Source: an uncultured Prevotellaceae bacterium | GTDB taxonomy: Bacteria; Bacteroidota; Bacteroidia; Bacteroidales; Bacteroidaceae | NCBI GenBank assembly: GCA_902800585.1 | Contig: CADCEW010000001.1 | Location: forward strand, 1,994 to 65,993 | Reading direction: 5' to 3' | DNA: 64,000 nucleotides | Part shown: positions 30,182 to 39,247 of the stretch, piece after piece | How the letters are laid out: every line of letters starts with the position of its first letter | Numbering within the stretch: position 1 is the stretch's first letter | Program-made: the position numbers and the translations under genes | Notes under the pieces: model-generated | Database searches by the model: none | Seen by the model: only the letters and a program-made list of their open reading frames with translations | Told to the model about the DNA's origin: nothing

Positions 30182-32503
30182 ATGAAACGTGCGTTATTAT
30201 TCTTTTGTGTAGTAGGTTGCGCCTTTACCACCACTACCACCTATGCCCAGTTGCAGACTTCAGCAGGTATCCAGTACCTGCAGTGTATGCCCAAAGATCA
30301 GTCGGGCGATTTCTCCGACCTGAGTAATACCTATTTCCTGGCCGACTCGCTGGCTGCGTTCGATGCAGCGAAAGGGGAGGGACAACTTAACTGGAAACGT
30401 TATCGTCTGTCACCTCGTCAGGCATTCAACCTCAACGGCTACTGGCCAGTGCGGATGCAGATGCTCGACTTCCCTGACACGCAGTATGATAACGACCCGA
30501 ATCTTTCTTTCAAGATTGATTTTGTCAGTCCCCGTTGTGTCCGTATCCGCATGGCGACATCACCCATTGAGGCTCCAAGAAAGGATGAAGAGAGCCTGAT
30601 GCTGGCAGGTCCTGTGCCTACGACCTCTGCCTGGCAGATGAAGAGCGATGGCAAAGCCATCACTTACACGACCGATTATGGTACGGTGGAGATACAGAAA
30701 TACCCGTGGCGCATTGTACTGAAGGACAAGAATGGAAAGATACTGACCCGTACGCGCCATATCATCGACAATGATTCCAGTCAGGTGAAACTCCTGCCGT
30801 TCTCGTTTATCAAGCGTGGTTCCGACAACTCTCGCAGTGTCAACCCCGTGCTGACCATTGCCCCGGGTGAGCGCATCTATGGTTGTGGTGAGTCGTTTGG
30901 TGCACTGAACAAGGTCGGACAGAAGGTACAGATCATGGTGACCGACCCGCAGGGACCAGAGACAGACGGACAGTATAAGCCTGTACCGTTCTATTTCTCC
31001 AATCGTGGTTATGGCATCTTCATGCACACCTCGGCACCCGTCACTGCTGATTTCGGTGCTTCGTATATCGGAGCCCAGCGTCTGTTTATGGCTGACGAGC
31101 AGATAGATTTCTTCGTATTCTTTGGATCTCCCAAAGAAATCCTGAACGAATACACTAACATCACAGGCAAGTCGCCGATGCTGCCGTTGTGGACCTTCGG
31201 TACCTGGATGAGTCGTATTACCTATTTCTCACAAGAAGAGGGTCTGGAGATTGCTAAACAACTCCGTCAAAACAAGATCCCAAGTGATGTCATCCATTTC
31301 GATACAGGATGGTTTGGTGTTGACTGGCAGTGTGACTATGAGTTTGCCAAAGACCGTTTCAAGGATCCGAAGGGTATGCTCGACCAACTGAAACGTGACG
31401 GTTTCCATACTTGTCTGTGGCAGTTGCCATACTTTACCCCCAAGAACCGTTTCTTCCGCGAACTCGTCGATGGCGGTATGGCGGTGAAGAATGCCGCAGG
31501 TAGCCTGCCTTACGAGGATGCTGTGTTGGATTTGAGTAATCCCAAAACGGTGAAATGGTATCAGGATAAGATTGCCAATCTCATCAAACTCGGTGTCGGA
31601 GTCATTAAGTGTGACTTTGGTGAGGCTGCTCCGTACGATGGTTTCTATTATAGTGGTCGTGGTGGTCTGTACGAGCATAATCTCTATCCTGTCCGTTATA
31701 ACAAAGCCTTGTTCGAGGCTGTGAAGGCGAATAGTGGTGAGGGTGTCATCTGGGCACGCAGTGCCTGGGCTGGTTCTCAGCGTTATCCGTTGCATTGGGG
31801 TGGTGATGCTGCTACGACCAATACGGGTATGTTGGGTGACTTGCGTGGCGGACTCTCCTTCGGACTTAGTGGTTTCTCCTTCTGGAGTCACGACATGGGC
31901 GGCTTTGTTACTGCTTCTCCTGAGGATATCTATCGTCGTTGGCTGCCCTTTGGATTCTTGAGCAGTCATACTCGTGCGCATGGTGCACCTCCTACAGAGC
32001 CTTGGTTGATTAGCGAGTCGTTCACAAAGGCTTTCCGTCAGTCGGCGGAGATGAAGTATAAGCTCATGCCGTATGTCTATGCACAGGCGAAAGACTGCTC
32101 TGAGCGTGGCTTGCCAATGGTGCGTGCGTTGTTGGTAGAGTTCCCTGAAGACCCAGGTGCATGGCTTGTCGAAGATGAGTATATGTTTGGTTCGCAAATA
32201 CTGGTTGCCCCGTTGTTGGAGAGTGGTGATAGCCGTACCTGTTACTTGCCAAAGGGTAAATGGATTGACTATCAGACAGGCAAAGTCTATGAAGGAGGCT
32301 ATCAGACCATCAAGGTGGGTGAGATTCCATGTGTCATCCTCGTTCGTGATGGTAGTCTCATTCCGCATGTACCTCTTGCTCAGCGTACTGACCAGATACA
32401 ATGGGACAAGGTAGAGTGGAAGGCATATAAAGCCGATGCAAAGAAATGCACAGGTTTGCTCTATAAGCCTGGCGACAGTCAGATACAAACCATCGAGCAA
32501 TGA
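30182..32503 (+). CDS. Second GH31 glycoside hydrolase (YicI-like alpha-xylosidase)
   Basis: IHFDTGW, IKCDFGE nucleophile, HWGGD acid/base, WSHDMGGF, SHTRAHG. Confidence 0.88.
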   Translation: MKRALLFFCVVGCAFTTTTTYAQLQTSAGIQYLQCMPKDQSGDFSDLSNTYFLADSLAAFDAAKGEGQLNWKRYRLSPRQAFNLNGYWPVRMQMLDFPDTQYDNDPNLSFKIDFVSPRCVRIRMATSPIEAPRKDEESLMLAGPVPTTSAWQMKSDGKAITYTTDYGTVEIQKYPWRIVLKDKNGKILTRTRHIIDNDSSQVKLLPFSFIKRGSDNSRSVNPVLTIAPGERIYGCGESFGALNKVGQKVQIMVTDPQGPETDGQYKPVPFYFSNRGYGIFMHTSAPVTADFGASYIGAQRLFMADEQIDFFVFFGSPKEILNEYTNITGKSPMLPLWTFGTWMSRITYFSQEEGLEIAKQLRQNKIPSDVIHFDTGWFGVDWQCDYEFAKDRFKDPKGMLDQLKRDGFHTCLWQLPYFTPKNRFFRELVDGGMAVKNAAGSLPYEDAVLDLSNPKTVKWYQDKIANLIKLGVGVIKCDFGEAAPYDGFYYSGRGGLYEHNLYPVRYNKALFEAVKANSGEGVIWARSAWAGSQRYPLHWGGDAATTNTGMLGDLRGGLSFGLSGFSFWSHDMGGFVTASPEDIYRRWLPFGFLSSHTRAHGAPPTEPWLISESFTKAFRQSAEMKYKLMPYVYAQAKDCSERGLPMVRALLVEFPEDPGAWLVEDEYMFGSQILVAPLLESGDSRTCYLPKGKWIDYQTGKVYEGGYQTIKVGEIPCVILVRDGSLIPHVPLAQRTDQIQWDKVEWKAYKADAKKCTGLLYKPGDSQIQTIEQ

Positions 32504-33465
32504 CCAAAGAGGGGACTGTCCTGTTGAGTGTCAGTGCGGCGATGCATCTGTTGGTGGACGGGCTTTGCCTGTGTTGCCTCTACTTGACAGTGTCTTCTTT
32601 TACTACGAATGGTATTCTTTCTGTCTTCCTGCTTTATAATATTCTGGCGTTCATGAGTCAGCCGTTGACAGGAATGATGGTCGACAGACTAACTCATAGG
32701 CACTGGCTGCTGCTGTGGTCGTTGGTGTTATTGACCCTCGGTGTACTGGTGTCACTGTCGCTTCCTCTGTGGACGTTTTCGTCATCCCTCTGCCTTATCG
32801 TTGCAGTCCTGTTGGGAATCGGTAATTCGCTATTTCATGTGTGGGGCGGCAAGCAGGTGGTGTTAACCACCAATAATGACATCAGGGCATTGGGTGTGTT
32901 CGTTTCGACGGGAGCGATGGGACTTGCTGTTTCCGTTGTGTTCTTCTCATGGTCCCTATTATGTTTCTTCCTGCTGGCTCTCTGTCTGCTGGCATCGACC
33001 TATCTGCATGTTGAAGGCAGGATGAAGGAAGGCGTCTTACAGGGAGAAACGTCTAACATTCGACATTTCTCACTGACCTTTGTTCTCTTGTCTGTTGTGG
33101 CTATCATGGTTGTTGTTGGCTTCCGTTCCTATGTTGGGGAGACTTTTTCGTCTCCTCTTGTCAAGAACAGTACCGTTATCTTGCTGATAGGTTTTGTTTC
33201 CATGATGGGCAAGATGCTTGGCGGATGGCTGGTGCGCTGGATGGGGATGATTACCGCAGTGATAGTAATACTGCTGACAGTTGCCTGCTGCATAGCGTTC
33301 CGCCATGTCGATAATGTCATACTTCTGTTGGGTTTGTTGGCAGTCAACTGCACGATGCCCATCACGCTCTATCTGTCCAATGTCGTACTTAAGGGACATG
33401 AGGGACTGTCTTTCGGACTGCTTGCTGCAGCCTTGATACCTGGATATCTGTTAGCCACCCTATAA
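32500..33465 (+). CDS. MFS-like membrane transporter (short, about 10-11 TM)
   Basis: HLLVDGLC, QPLTGMMVD, GNSLFHVWGG, GKMLGG and NCTMPITL motifs; ATGA overlap with the GH31 stop. Confidence 0.6.
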   Translation: MTKEGTVLLSVSAAMHLLVDGLCLCCLYLTVSSFTTNGILSVFLLYNILAFMSQPLTGMMVDRLTHRHWLLLWSLVLLTLGVLVSLSLPLWTFSSSLCLIVAVLLGIGNSLFHVWGGKQVVLTTNNDIRALGVFVSTGAMGLAVSVVFFSWSLLCFFLLALCLLASTYLHVEGRMKEGVLQGETSNIRHFSLTFVLLSVVAIMVVVGFRSYVGETFSSPLVKNSTVILLIGFVSMMGKMLGGWLVRWMGMITAVIVILLTVACCIAFRHVDNVILLLGLLAVNCTMPITLYLSNVVLKGHEGLSFGLLAAALIPGYLLATL

Positions 33466-33473
33466 AACAGCCT

Positions 33474-33803
33474 ATGATATGGATTGATATACTGTTGTTC
33501 GCACTGCTTCCGACCATCATCATCGAGTTGGCAGTACTGCGCTTCCTTCGTGAGCGGAGGAAGAAGGTGTTGTTGGGCTCTGTTGTTATGAACATCCTTA
33601 CCAATATTCCACTCAACATCCTTGCTTACTATATCCTCCAAGATCTCCTCCCTTTGTTAATATTCGAGGTGGTGGTTATCATCTTGGAGGCACTCGGCTA
33701 TGCAATTCTGATACGTCAATGGAAGCAGGCCTTCATCTATAGCTTCCTTTGCAATTCCATCAGTTTCCTGACGGGCTTGCTCGTTTATTTGTTATCTTGT
33801 TAA
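33474..33803 (+). CDS. Small 4-TM protein with intramembrane polar residues
   Basis: 109 aa; TIIIE, NILTNIPLN, EVVVIILE and NSIS motifs. Confidence 0.65.
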   Translation: MIWIDILLFALLPTIIIELAVLRFLRERRKKVLLGSVVMNILTNIPLNILAYYILQDLLPLLIFEVVVIILEALGYAILIRQWKQAFIYSFLCNSISFLTGLLVYLLSC

Positions 33804-33821
33804 TTTTAAAAATATTTGCGT

Positions 33822-34064
33822 ATGATGAATCTTTTAGACATTATCTGGGAACCCCCTCGTCACCCGAAAATCATTCAGAGTCCTGACACCGTAGATACTG
33901 TTGCCTATGTCGACAGTGTCACAGTACAGAAAATGGACGTCGCTCCCCCTCCCACCATCATAGACACACTTACCAGCGGTGATACGTGGGTGGTCGTCAT
34001 CGTTGCTATTGCCTTGTGTGCCTGTATTTATATGGCATATACCTACCGCCGTTCTCATAAATAA
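33822..34064 (+). CDS. Small protein with a Pro/Thr/Asp-rich N-region, C-terminal TM helix and basic tail
   Basis: 80 aa ending WVVVIVAIALCACIYMAYTYRRSHK. Confidence 0.55.
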   Translation: MMNLLDIIWEPPRHPKIIQSPDTVDTVAYVDSVTVQKMDVAPPPTIIDTLTSGDTWVVVIVAIALCACIYMAYTYRRSHK

Positions 34065-34080
34065 TTTTGACGGATTTTCG

Positions 34081-34156
34081 AAAAACACCTACCTAGTCCC
34101 AATTCCTTTATTTATCTGCATTTCAGCCATGTTTAGGTAGGAGGGTAGGTGTTTTT
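34081..34156. repeat. Short element bounded by a 13-bp perfect inverted repeat (MITE/REP-like)
   Basis: AAAAACACCTACC (34081-34093) and GGTAGGTGTTTTT (34144-34156). Confidence 0.7.
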
Positions 34157-34248
34157 GCGAAATTGATAAATTTTCTCAATTTGAAAAAAACATGTTTTTG
34201 AGGTGAAAGTAGCCTCTTTTCGACCCGTTTGTGGCTTACAAACGACTC

Positions 34249-34287
34249 GTTTGAACGTTACATTCACCCTGTTTGTAACGTTCAAAC
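34249..34287. repeat. 14-bp perfect inverted repeat with 11-nt spacer (terminator or operator)
   Basis: GTTTGAACGTTACA (34249-34262) / TGTAACGTTCAAAC (34274-34287), followed by TTTTT. Confidence 0.75.
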
Positions 34288-34338
34288 TTTTTATGTCATT
34301 TTTCTTTTGAAAAACTTGTGACTTTCGGGAATAATAAT

Positions 34339-34346
34339 TACCTTTG
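34339..34346 (+). promoter_or_regulatory. -7 box (TACCTTTG) for the antitoxin-toxin pair
   Basis: Matches TANNTTTG, 8 nt before ATG 34355. Confidence 0.65.
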
Positions 34347-34354
34347 CATAACAA

Positions 34355-34633
34355 ATGAAATCAACAATGAAAGAAAAAAAGAATCATTTACAAGATATAG
34401 ATGTTGCAGCAGAACCTATAGGTCTTGCTACACCAACCTTTGTCAATGAAAAAACATATAACATTGACGACTGGTCAGGTATGCCCCTTGTGGGTCCTTC
34501 TTCTATAGAAGAAATGAATGCTCGTATTGATGAGGCAGAAATCGAGATGGAAACCAGTGAAGGATATGATTGGGACTGCGTTATGCTGGATGCAACTAAC
34601 ATTGTAAATGAATATGCAAATTCGGTTTACTAA
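34355..34633 (+). CDS. Putative type II antitoxin (acidic, 92 aa)
   Basis: Acidic; lies upstream of and overlaps a RelE/ParE-like frame by 20 nt. Confidence 0.65.
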   Translation: MKSTMKEKKNHLQDIDVAAEPIGLATPTFVNEKTYNIDDWSGMPLVGPSSIEEMNARIDEAEIEMETSEGYDWDCVMLDATNIVNEYANSVY

Positions 34634-34924
34634 GAAAGGGCGTGAAGAATTTCTTAAAATAATCTCTGTTTTTTCTGAATTTGCTGGAACACGTTCTGCC
34701 ACAAGATTATTGAACGAGTCCAACAGAAGGGGGAAATTCTACTTAAATATCCAAAGAGTGGTCATCCTGAGCCATTGCTTTCTGACAGAAAACGAGATTA
34801 TCGTTATGTTGCCATCAACAAGAACTATCGCATGATATATCATGTGACTAAGAATACTATCTGGATAGTGGATGTATGGGACAGGCGTAATGATCCTTCG
34901 AAACTTGTTTCAAGAATTAAATAG
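34614..34924 (+). pseudogene. RelE/ParE-family toxin split by a 1-nt frameshift
   Basis: Frame 0 gives MQIRFTKKGREEFLKIISVFSEFAGTRSA; the -1 frame (open 34679-34924) continues HKIIERVQQKGEILLKYPKSGHPEPLLSDRKRDYRYVAINKNYRMIYHVTKNTIWIVDVWDRRNDPSKLVSRIK; adding one base would give a 103 aa ParE-like protein. Confidence 0.8.
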
Positions 34925-34934
34925 GAATAGTATC

Positions 34935-35303
34935 TTAGGAGTGCCAAGCACTCCTTTTTGTTTCCTCTTTAGGAGGTAGATAGTTATCATACTCACGAAG
35001 GATACGCTCATTCTTTTCGAAACTGCTCTCCTTTCGTTTTTTCTTGAATAAAAAACTGAAAAGACGTTTAAGAAATCCACCAGGCTTGAAACTCATATCA
35101 GAATCCTTCACACCAGCAAGTTGCAATTCCGTCTTGTTAAAGGTAAAAGATGATTGCTTTTTTGTCGGATGACCTGACACGACAACCTCAGGTAAGAGTG
35201 TCGTCTTCTCGTCTATTGTCAGCGAGTCTTGCGTGATTTCCTGTCCCTTGACTCCAATAGCGAAGAACAGCAATAGCGAAATCAGTATCAGTTTATTATT
35301 CAT
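34935..35303 (-). CDS. Small exported hypothetical protein
   Basis: Signal peptide, LPEVVVSG motif, amphipathic basic C-terminal helix; start overlaps the upstream gene stop. Confidence 0.55.
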   Translation of the reverse strand: MNNKLILISLLLFFAIGVKGQEITQDSLTIDEKTTLLPEVVVSGHPTKKQSSFTFNKTELQLAGVKDSDMSFKPGGFLKRLFSFLFKKKRKESSFEKNERILREYDNYLPPKEETKRSAWHS

Positions 35304-37458
35304 CCTTTTCTTCTATCTTTAGTCTTGACATCTCTTTCTCTGCCGCATTCTGCTTGTTTATTTCTTTATTTTTGCGGAAACGATAAGTCAGTGTGATGCC
35401 AATCTTACGGCTGTCCCTTAAGGTATGATGATTTATTTGTATGTTATCATGCTGCCAAAAGCCATTATAGTCGCCCTTTTTGAAAATGTCGTAGGCATTC
35501 AAAGAAAGTCTCCATCTGTCTTTGGCAAAAGATTTTTGAATACTGAAGTCCAAAGTAGAAAAGGGATCGATCTTAATCATCTGCAGATAACCACCCCAGC
35601 AGTATTCGAATCGTGAAGAGAGTAGCCAATTATGGGGCAGACTGAAAGCGTTGTCTATGATTGCCGTTACGACAGGTCTGCCGTCCTTGAGCGTTGTTCC
35701 GTTAGGTCCTGGATAGTCGGCATACGACTTCATCATTGAGAAAGTGACTGATGGCGTCCAGCATTTGATGGTATGACGGAGATTTAAGAGACACGTAAGT
35801 GACTGCCTGTCGGAGAAGTTTTCCGTTCTGTTCACAATGACAGCAGAGTTGCCTGGCAGGTTGAAATATCTTTGCATCAAAGGATGATGCAGATATTCAT
35901 AGGAAATGTTTAGATAAAGGAACTTATACATCAGCATATACGACAGTTCGTGATCGGTCTCAGTTCTTAGATTCAAATTGCCCTCTCCTCTATTATAGCG
36001 ATTGGTATAGGCCCTGTTGTTGTTCATGTCGGTAAAATTTGGTCGTTCAGTCCCGATAGAATAACTCAGACTATGCATGAGCATCCTCCATGAATGGCTG
36101 AGGGTCAATGAAGGCAGTATCCGATGATAATGGTCTTTCATTTCCTCGTTCAGATAGTTCTCCTTCAGCAAGGAGTGTACATACTCATAACGCAAGCCTG
36201 CATCTATAGAGAAGCTACCGATGTCTTTGGTGTAGTTGAAAAACAGAGCGTTCTTGGATTCTTTATTGTCAGTCTTTCCATTATCGCCTCTGTCCACATA
36301 GTCAATACAGTCTGTACCATGGGAGTAACTGAAATCATAGCCGAAGGCAAACGTTCCGTATTTCTCCGATTCGTGGGACAACTGCAAATGGGCTGCAAGG
36401 ACATCCCATGCCGATTTCTGTGTATAGTTGATATGATTGTCCTTGAGTATGTTGTCCCGTTCATTCAGAAATCTGTCCGAGTGGCTGTCCTTTCGCACAT
36501 AGTCGCCATAGGTATTCAGTTCCCAGTTCTTTCCCAATCCTGTTTTATAATATACATTGATGTGATGTACGTTCGTTTTTCCAGTACCATGTGTCCATGT
36601 GTTCAAGAACGAAGGTATTCCCTTGCCAGGGACTAAAAAGGTAGAGTCTGTATCATTTTTCTTGTTTGAATTAAAACTGCCCGAATACTGAATACCTATC
36701 AAGGAATTGGGTGAGAGGTGGTAGCTTGTGCCTAACTTATAATGATGTGCCCCTATCCTGTCCAGATTATCAATATAACTATTCTTATTCCAGAGTGTAT
36801 CTGCCATGATACCTGTCTGTGAGTCACCACCTATCCACTCCTTTCCATACTGATAGTTATAGGCAAGGAAGAAGTCCCATTTCTTATAATTATAACTAAG
36901 GTTGAGCCTGTATTTCTGAGAGAAATACTTACCTAGTCGGAGGTCCCCCATAATATTATAGGCAAGTCCTTCACCCATTCGTTTGGTCTTAATGTCAATC
37001 ACAGGCCTGCCTTCGCTGTCGTAACGGGCATTGGCTGTCGTAATAACCTTGATATTCCTTATCTGTTCTACAGATAACAAGTCTATTTCTTCTGCGTCCA
37101 TCACCTTTCTGTTGTCAATATAATACACTGGTGACTTACCAGCAACAGTTATAGAATTGCCATTCTTTATGACACCAGGAATCTTACCCAACAACTCTGC
37201 CATATCGTTTTGGTGACTGAGAATCTCATCATACTCCACATTCACGAACAAAGTGCTACCTTTCAGTCTGAAAGCACTCTTGCTTGGCGATACCTCGATG
37301 CTGTCAAGCATCAGAGAATAGGCAATAGTGCTGTCAACATCATTGATAACAGTGCTGTCCTTGAGACTCTTTGAAGTCATTTCCTGAGCAGAACCACTGA
37401 TAGAAAGATGAATTGTTATAAGTAAGAATACTCCTTTATATAATGATGGTATATTCAT
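35296..37458 (-). CDS. Outer-membrane beta-barrel family protein (OMP_b-brl_3-like, TonB-receptor-like)
   Basis: Signal peptide; ELLGKIPGV plug motif; NARYDSEG; GLRYE, LPSL, RPNF, GNLNL and LNAYDIF barrel motifs. ATG 37458 preferred over TTG 37470; -7 box TACTTTTG at 37479-37486. Confidence 0.8.
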   Translation of the reverse strand: MNIPSLYKGVFLLITIHLSISGSAQEMTSKSLKDSTVINDVDSTIAYSLMLDSIEVSPSKSAFRLKGSTLFVNVEYDEILSHQNDMAELLGKIPGVIKNGNSITVAGKSPVYYIDNRKVMDAEEIDLLSVEQIRNIKVITTANARYDSEGRPVIDIKTKRMGEGLAYNIMGDLRLGKYFSQKYRLNLSYNYKKWDFFLAYNYQYGKEWIGGDSQTGIMADTLWNKNSYIDNLDRIGAHHYKLGTSYHLSPNSLIGIQYSGSFNSNKKNDTDSTFLVPGKGIPSFLNTWTHGTGKTNVHHINVYYKTGLGKNWELNTYGDYVRKDSHSDRFLNERDNILKDNHINYTQKSAWDVLAAHLQLSHESEKYGTFAFGYDFSYSHGTDCIDYVDRGDNGKTDNKESKNALFFNYTKDIGSFSIDAGLRYEYVHSLLKENYLNEEMKDHYHRILPSLTLSHSWRMLMHSLSYSIGTERPNFTDMNNNRAYTNRYNRGEGNLNLRTETDHELSYMLMYKFLYLNISYEYLHHPLMQRYFNLPGNSAVIVNRTENFSDRQSLTCLLNLRHTIKCWTPSVTFSMMKSYADYPGPNGTTLKDGRPVVTAIIDNAFSLPHNWLLSSRFEYCWGGYLQMIKIDPFSTLDFSIQKSFAKDRWRLSLNAYDIFKKGDYNGFWQHDNIQINHHTLRDSRKIGITLTYRFRKNKEINKQNAAEKEMSRLKIEEKDE

Positions 37459-37628
37459 TAGAAGTTCCAATTTTCCTGCAAAAGTAAGAGAATTACAAAG
37501 AACTTCTACTACAACAAAGGTTTATTCTTCTTAATTTTTTATACGCTTCATATTATTTGTCTGTTATTAACGAAAGCGATGTGCCAGGGGACAGGTATGT
37601 GATATAAACGATGGATGAAGAGAAGAAT

Positions 37629-37661
37629 AAAAAAGCCTGAGCGATTGTGCCCAGGCTTTTT
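37629..37661 (-). terminator. Intrinsic, possibly bidirectional, terminator after the symporter
   Basis: AAAAAGCCTG...CAGGCTTTTT stem with A/T runs on both sides. Confidence 0.8.
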
Positions 37662-37679
37662 GTCTTTAGTCCTTTGAAC

Positions 37680-39203
37680 TTATTTATAGCACTCGAAAAT
37701 CTTATCGACTGTATCGCGTTTCATCTTTGGCGAGAGGAGACTGACAATCCAAACGACGGGGAAACCGCCGACCATAGCGATGGCTCCGCAGTTGATGGGA
37801 TTGATAGGATTGCCTAAAAGCATGTTAATCACTGTGAGACCTACGCCCCAGATGAAACAAGCCCAGACGCTGGCAGGAGTAACACCACGCCAGTAGAGAC
37901 CAAGCATGAACGGTGCAAGGAAGGCACCAGCCAGTGCACCCCACGAGATACCCATCAACTGGGCGATGAACGTCGGGGGATTGAGGGCTATCAACAGCGA
38001 AATAGCGATAAAGAACATGATAAGCACACGCATCACTACGACCTTACGACGCTCATATTTCTCAGCGACGATATCGTCGATGGTTCCGTCCTCAACCTCT
38101 CCTGGCAGCGACTTCTTGTCGCGATAGATAAGGTCGAGTGTCATCGTCGATGAAGAGGTAAGTACCAGCGATGCCAGTGTTGACATGGAAGCCGACAGTA
38201 CCAACAACACTACGAGGGCGATGAGTACGTTGGGCAGAGTGACAAGCATGGCAGGCACGATAGAGTCGAAGGCAATCTTGCCTGTTGCTTCATTAATCAC
38301 AGGATCATAGAGACGACCGAAACCACCGAGGAAGTAGCAGCCGCCAGCCACGATGAATGCGAAGATAGTAGAAATAATAGTACCACGTTTGATGGCACTC
38401 TCGTCAGTAATTGAATAGAACTTACCCACCATCTGTGGCAGTCCCATCGTACCTAAAGAGGTCAGGATCACAACACCTAACAGATTCCAAGGGTCAGGAC
38501 CGAACAGTGAGGCAAAGCCACCATTCACAGATGGATCAGTATCAGAGGGCAACTGTGCCAGTTTATCGACGGCAGCTGTCAGTCCACCTTGTGCATTCAG
38601 CACAGCAACGATGACGGCAACAATGCCGAAGAGCATAATGATACCCTGGATGAAGTCGTTCATCGCCGTTGCCTTATAACCGCCGATAATCACATAGATG
38701 GCAGTAAGGATAGACATAATCACTACGCAGTACTCATAAGGGATATCAAAACCCATCTCGAAGAGGCGGGAGATACCACTATAGACACCAGCAGTATAGG
38801 GGATGAGGAACACGAAGGCGATGACGGAAGCCACGACACGCAGTCCCTGATCACTGAAACGCGTGCCGAAGAAGTCAGGCATTGTACGACTCTCAATATG
38901 TTGCGTCATCAGTTTGGTACGCTTACCTAACAGCATCCATGCCAACAACGAACCGATAATGGCATTACCAATACCAATCCATGCACTCGACAGACCGTAT
39001 TTCCATCCGAACTGTCCAGCATAGCCTACGAAGACGACTGCGGAGAAATAACTTGTTCCGAAAGCGAAAGCCGTCAGCCAAGGACCTACGGCACGACCGC
39101 CCAATACGAAACCATCCACACTGCTTGCCTGTTTGCGTGAGTAGAGACCCACACCTATCATTACGGCAAAGAAAATGATAGTCAAAAGAACTTTTATAAT
39201 CAT
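37680..39203 (-). CDS. Sodium:solute symporter (SSS; PutP/PanF-like)
   Basis: GFVLGGR, SYFSAVVFVG, GGYKATAMNDFIQG, GLPQ and SASMST motifs. Confidence 0.92.
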   Translation of the reverse strand: MIIKVLLTIIFFAVMIGVGLYSRKQASSVDGFVLGGRAVGPWLTAFAFGTSYFSAVVFVGYAGQFGWKYGLSSAWIGIGNAIIGSLLAWMLLGKRTKLMTQHIESRTMPDFFGTRFSDQGLRVVASVIAFVFLIPYTAGVYSGISRLFEMGFDIPYEYCVVIMSILTAIYVIIGGYKATAMNDFIQGIIMLFGIVAVIVAVLNAQGGLTAAVDKLAQLPSDTDPSVNGGFASLFGPDPWNLLGVVILTSLGTMGLPQMVGKFYSITDESAIKRGTIISTIFAFIVAGGCYFLGGFGRLYDPVINEATGKIAFDSIVPAMLVTLPNVLIALVVLLVLSASMSTLASLVLTSSSTMTLDLIYRDKKSLPGEVEDGTIDDIVAEKYERRKVVVMRVLIMFFIAISLLIALNPPTFIAQLMGISWGALAGAFLAPFMLGLYWRGVTPASVWACFIWGVGLTVINMLLGNPINPINCGAIAMVGGFPVVWIVSLLSPKMKRDTVDKIFECYK

Positions 39204-39216
39204 CTTTTTATTATTA

Positions 39217-39242
39217 TTTCGGGATTACGGTATAATGTTATA
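39217..39242. repeat. Intergenic repeat copy 1 (26 nt)
   Basis: TTTCGGGATTACGGTATAATGTTATA; 24/26 identical to 40384-40409. Confidence 0.8.
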
Positions 39243-39247
39243 ACGAG

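Noticed and set aside
31229-32500. 423 aa antisense ORF
   Set aside because: Lies wholly opposite the GH31 gene with no recognisable motifs; shadow ORF.
18986-32503. Canonical polysaccharide utilisation locus with a functional HTCS
   Set aside because: No SusC/D pair, and neither sensor has an H-box, REC or AraC domain.
34727-34737. Programmed -1 frameshift at AGGGGGAAAT in the toxin
   Set aside because: Not a canonical X-XXY-YYZ site in the zero frame, and the best protein junction is upstream (~34700); a simple deletion is more parsimonious, though not excluded.
34608-34835. 75 aa protein as a genuine product
   Set aside because: Its C-terminal half is out of frame; the -1 frame gives the RelE/ParE continuation.
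32500-37458. Integrated mobile element or prophage
   Set aside because: Looks accessory (TA, IRs, lower GC in sampled lines) but no integrase, transposase, tRNA target or flanking direct repeats were found.
37587-37596. GGGGACAGGT, reminiscent of REP/RAYT-associated repeats
   Set aside because: Single short match with no complementary arm or transposase nearby.
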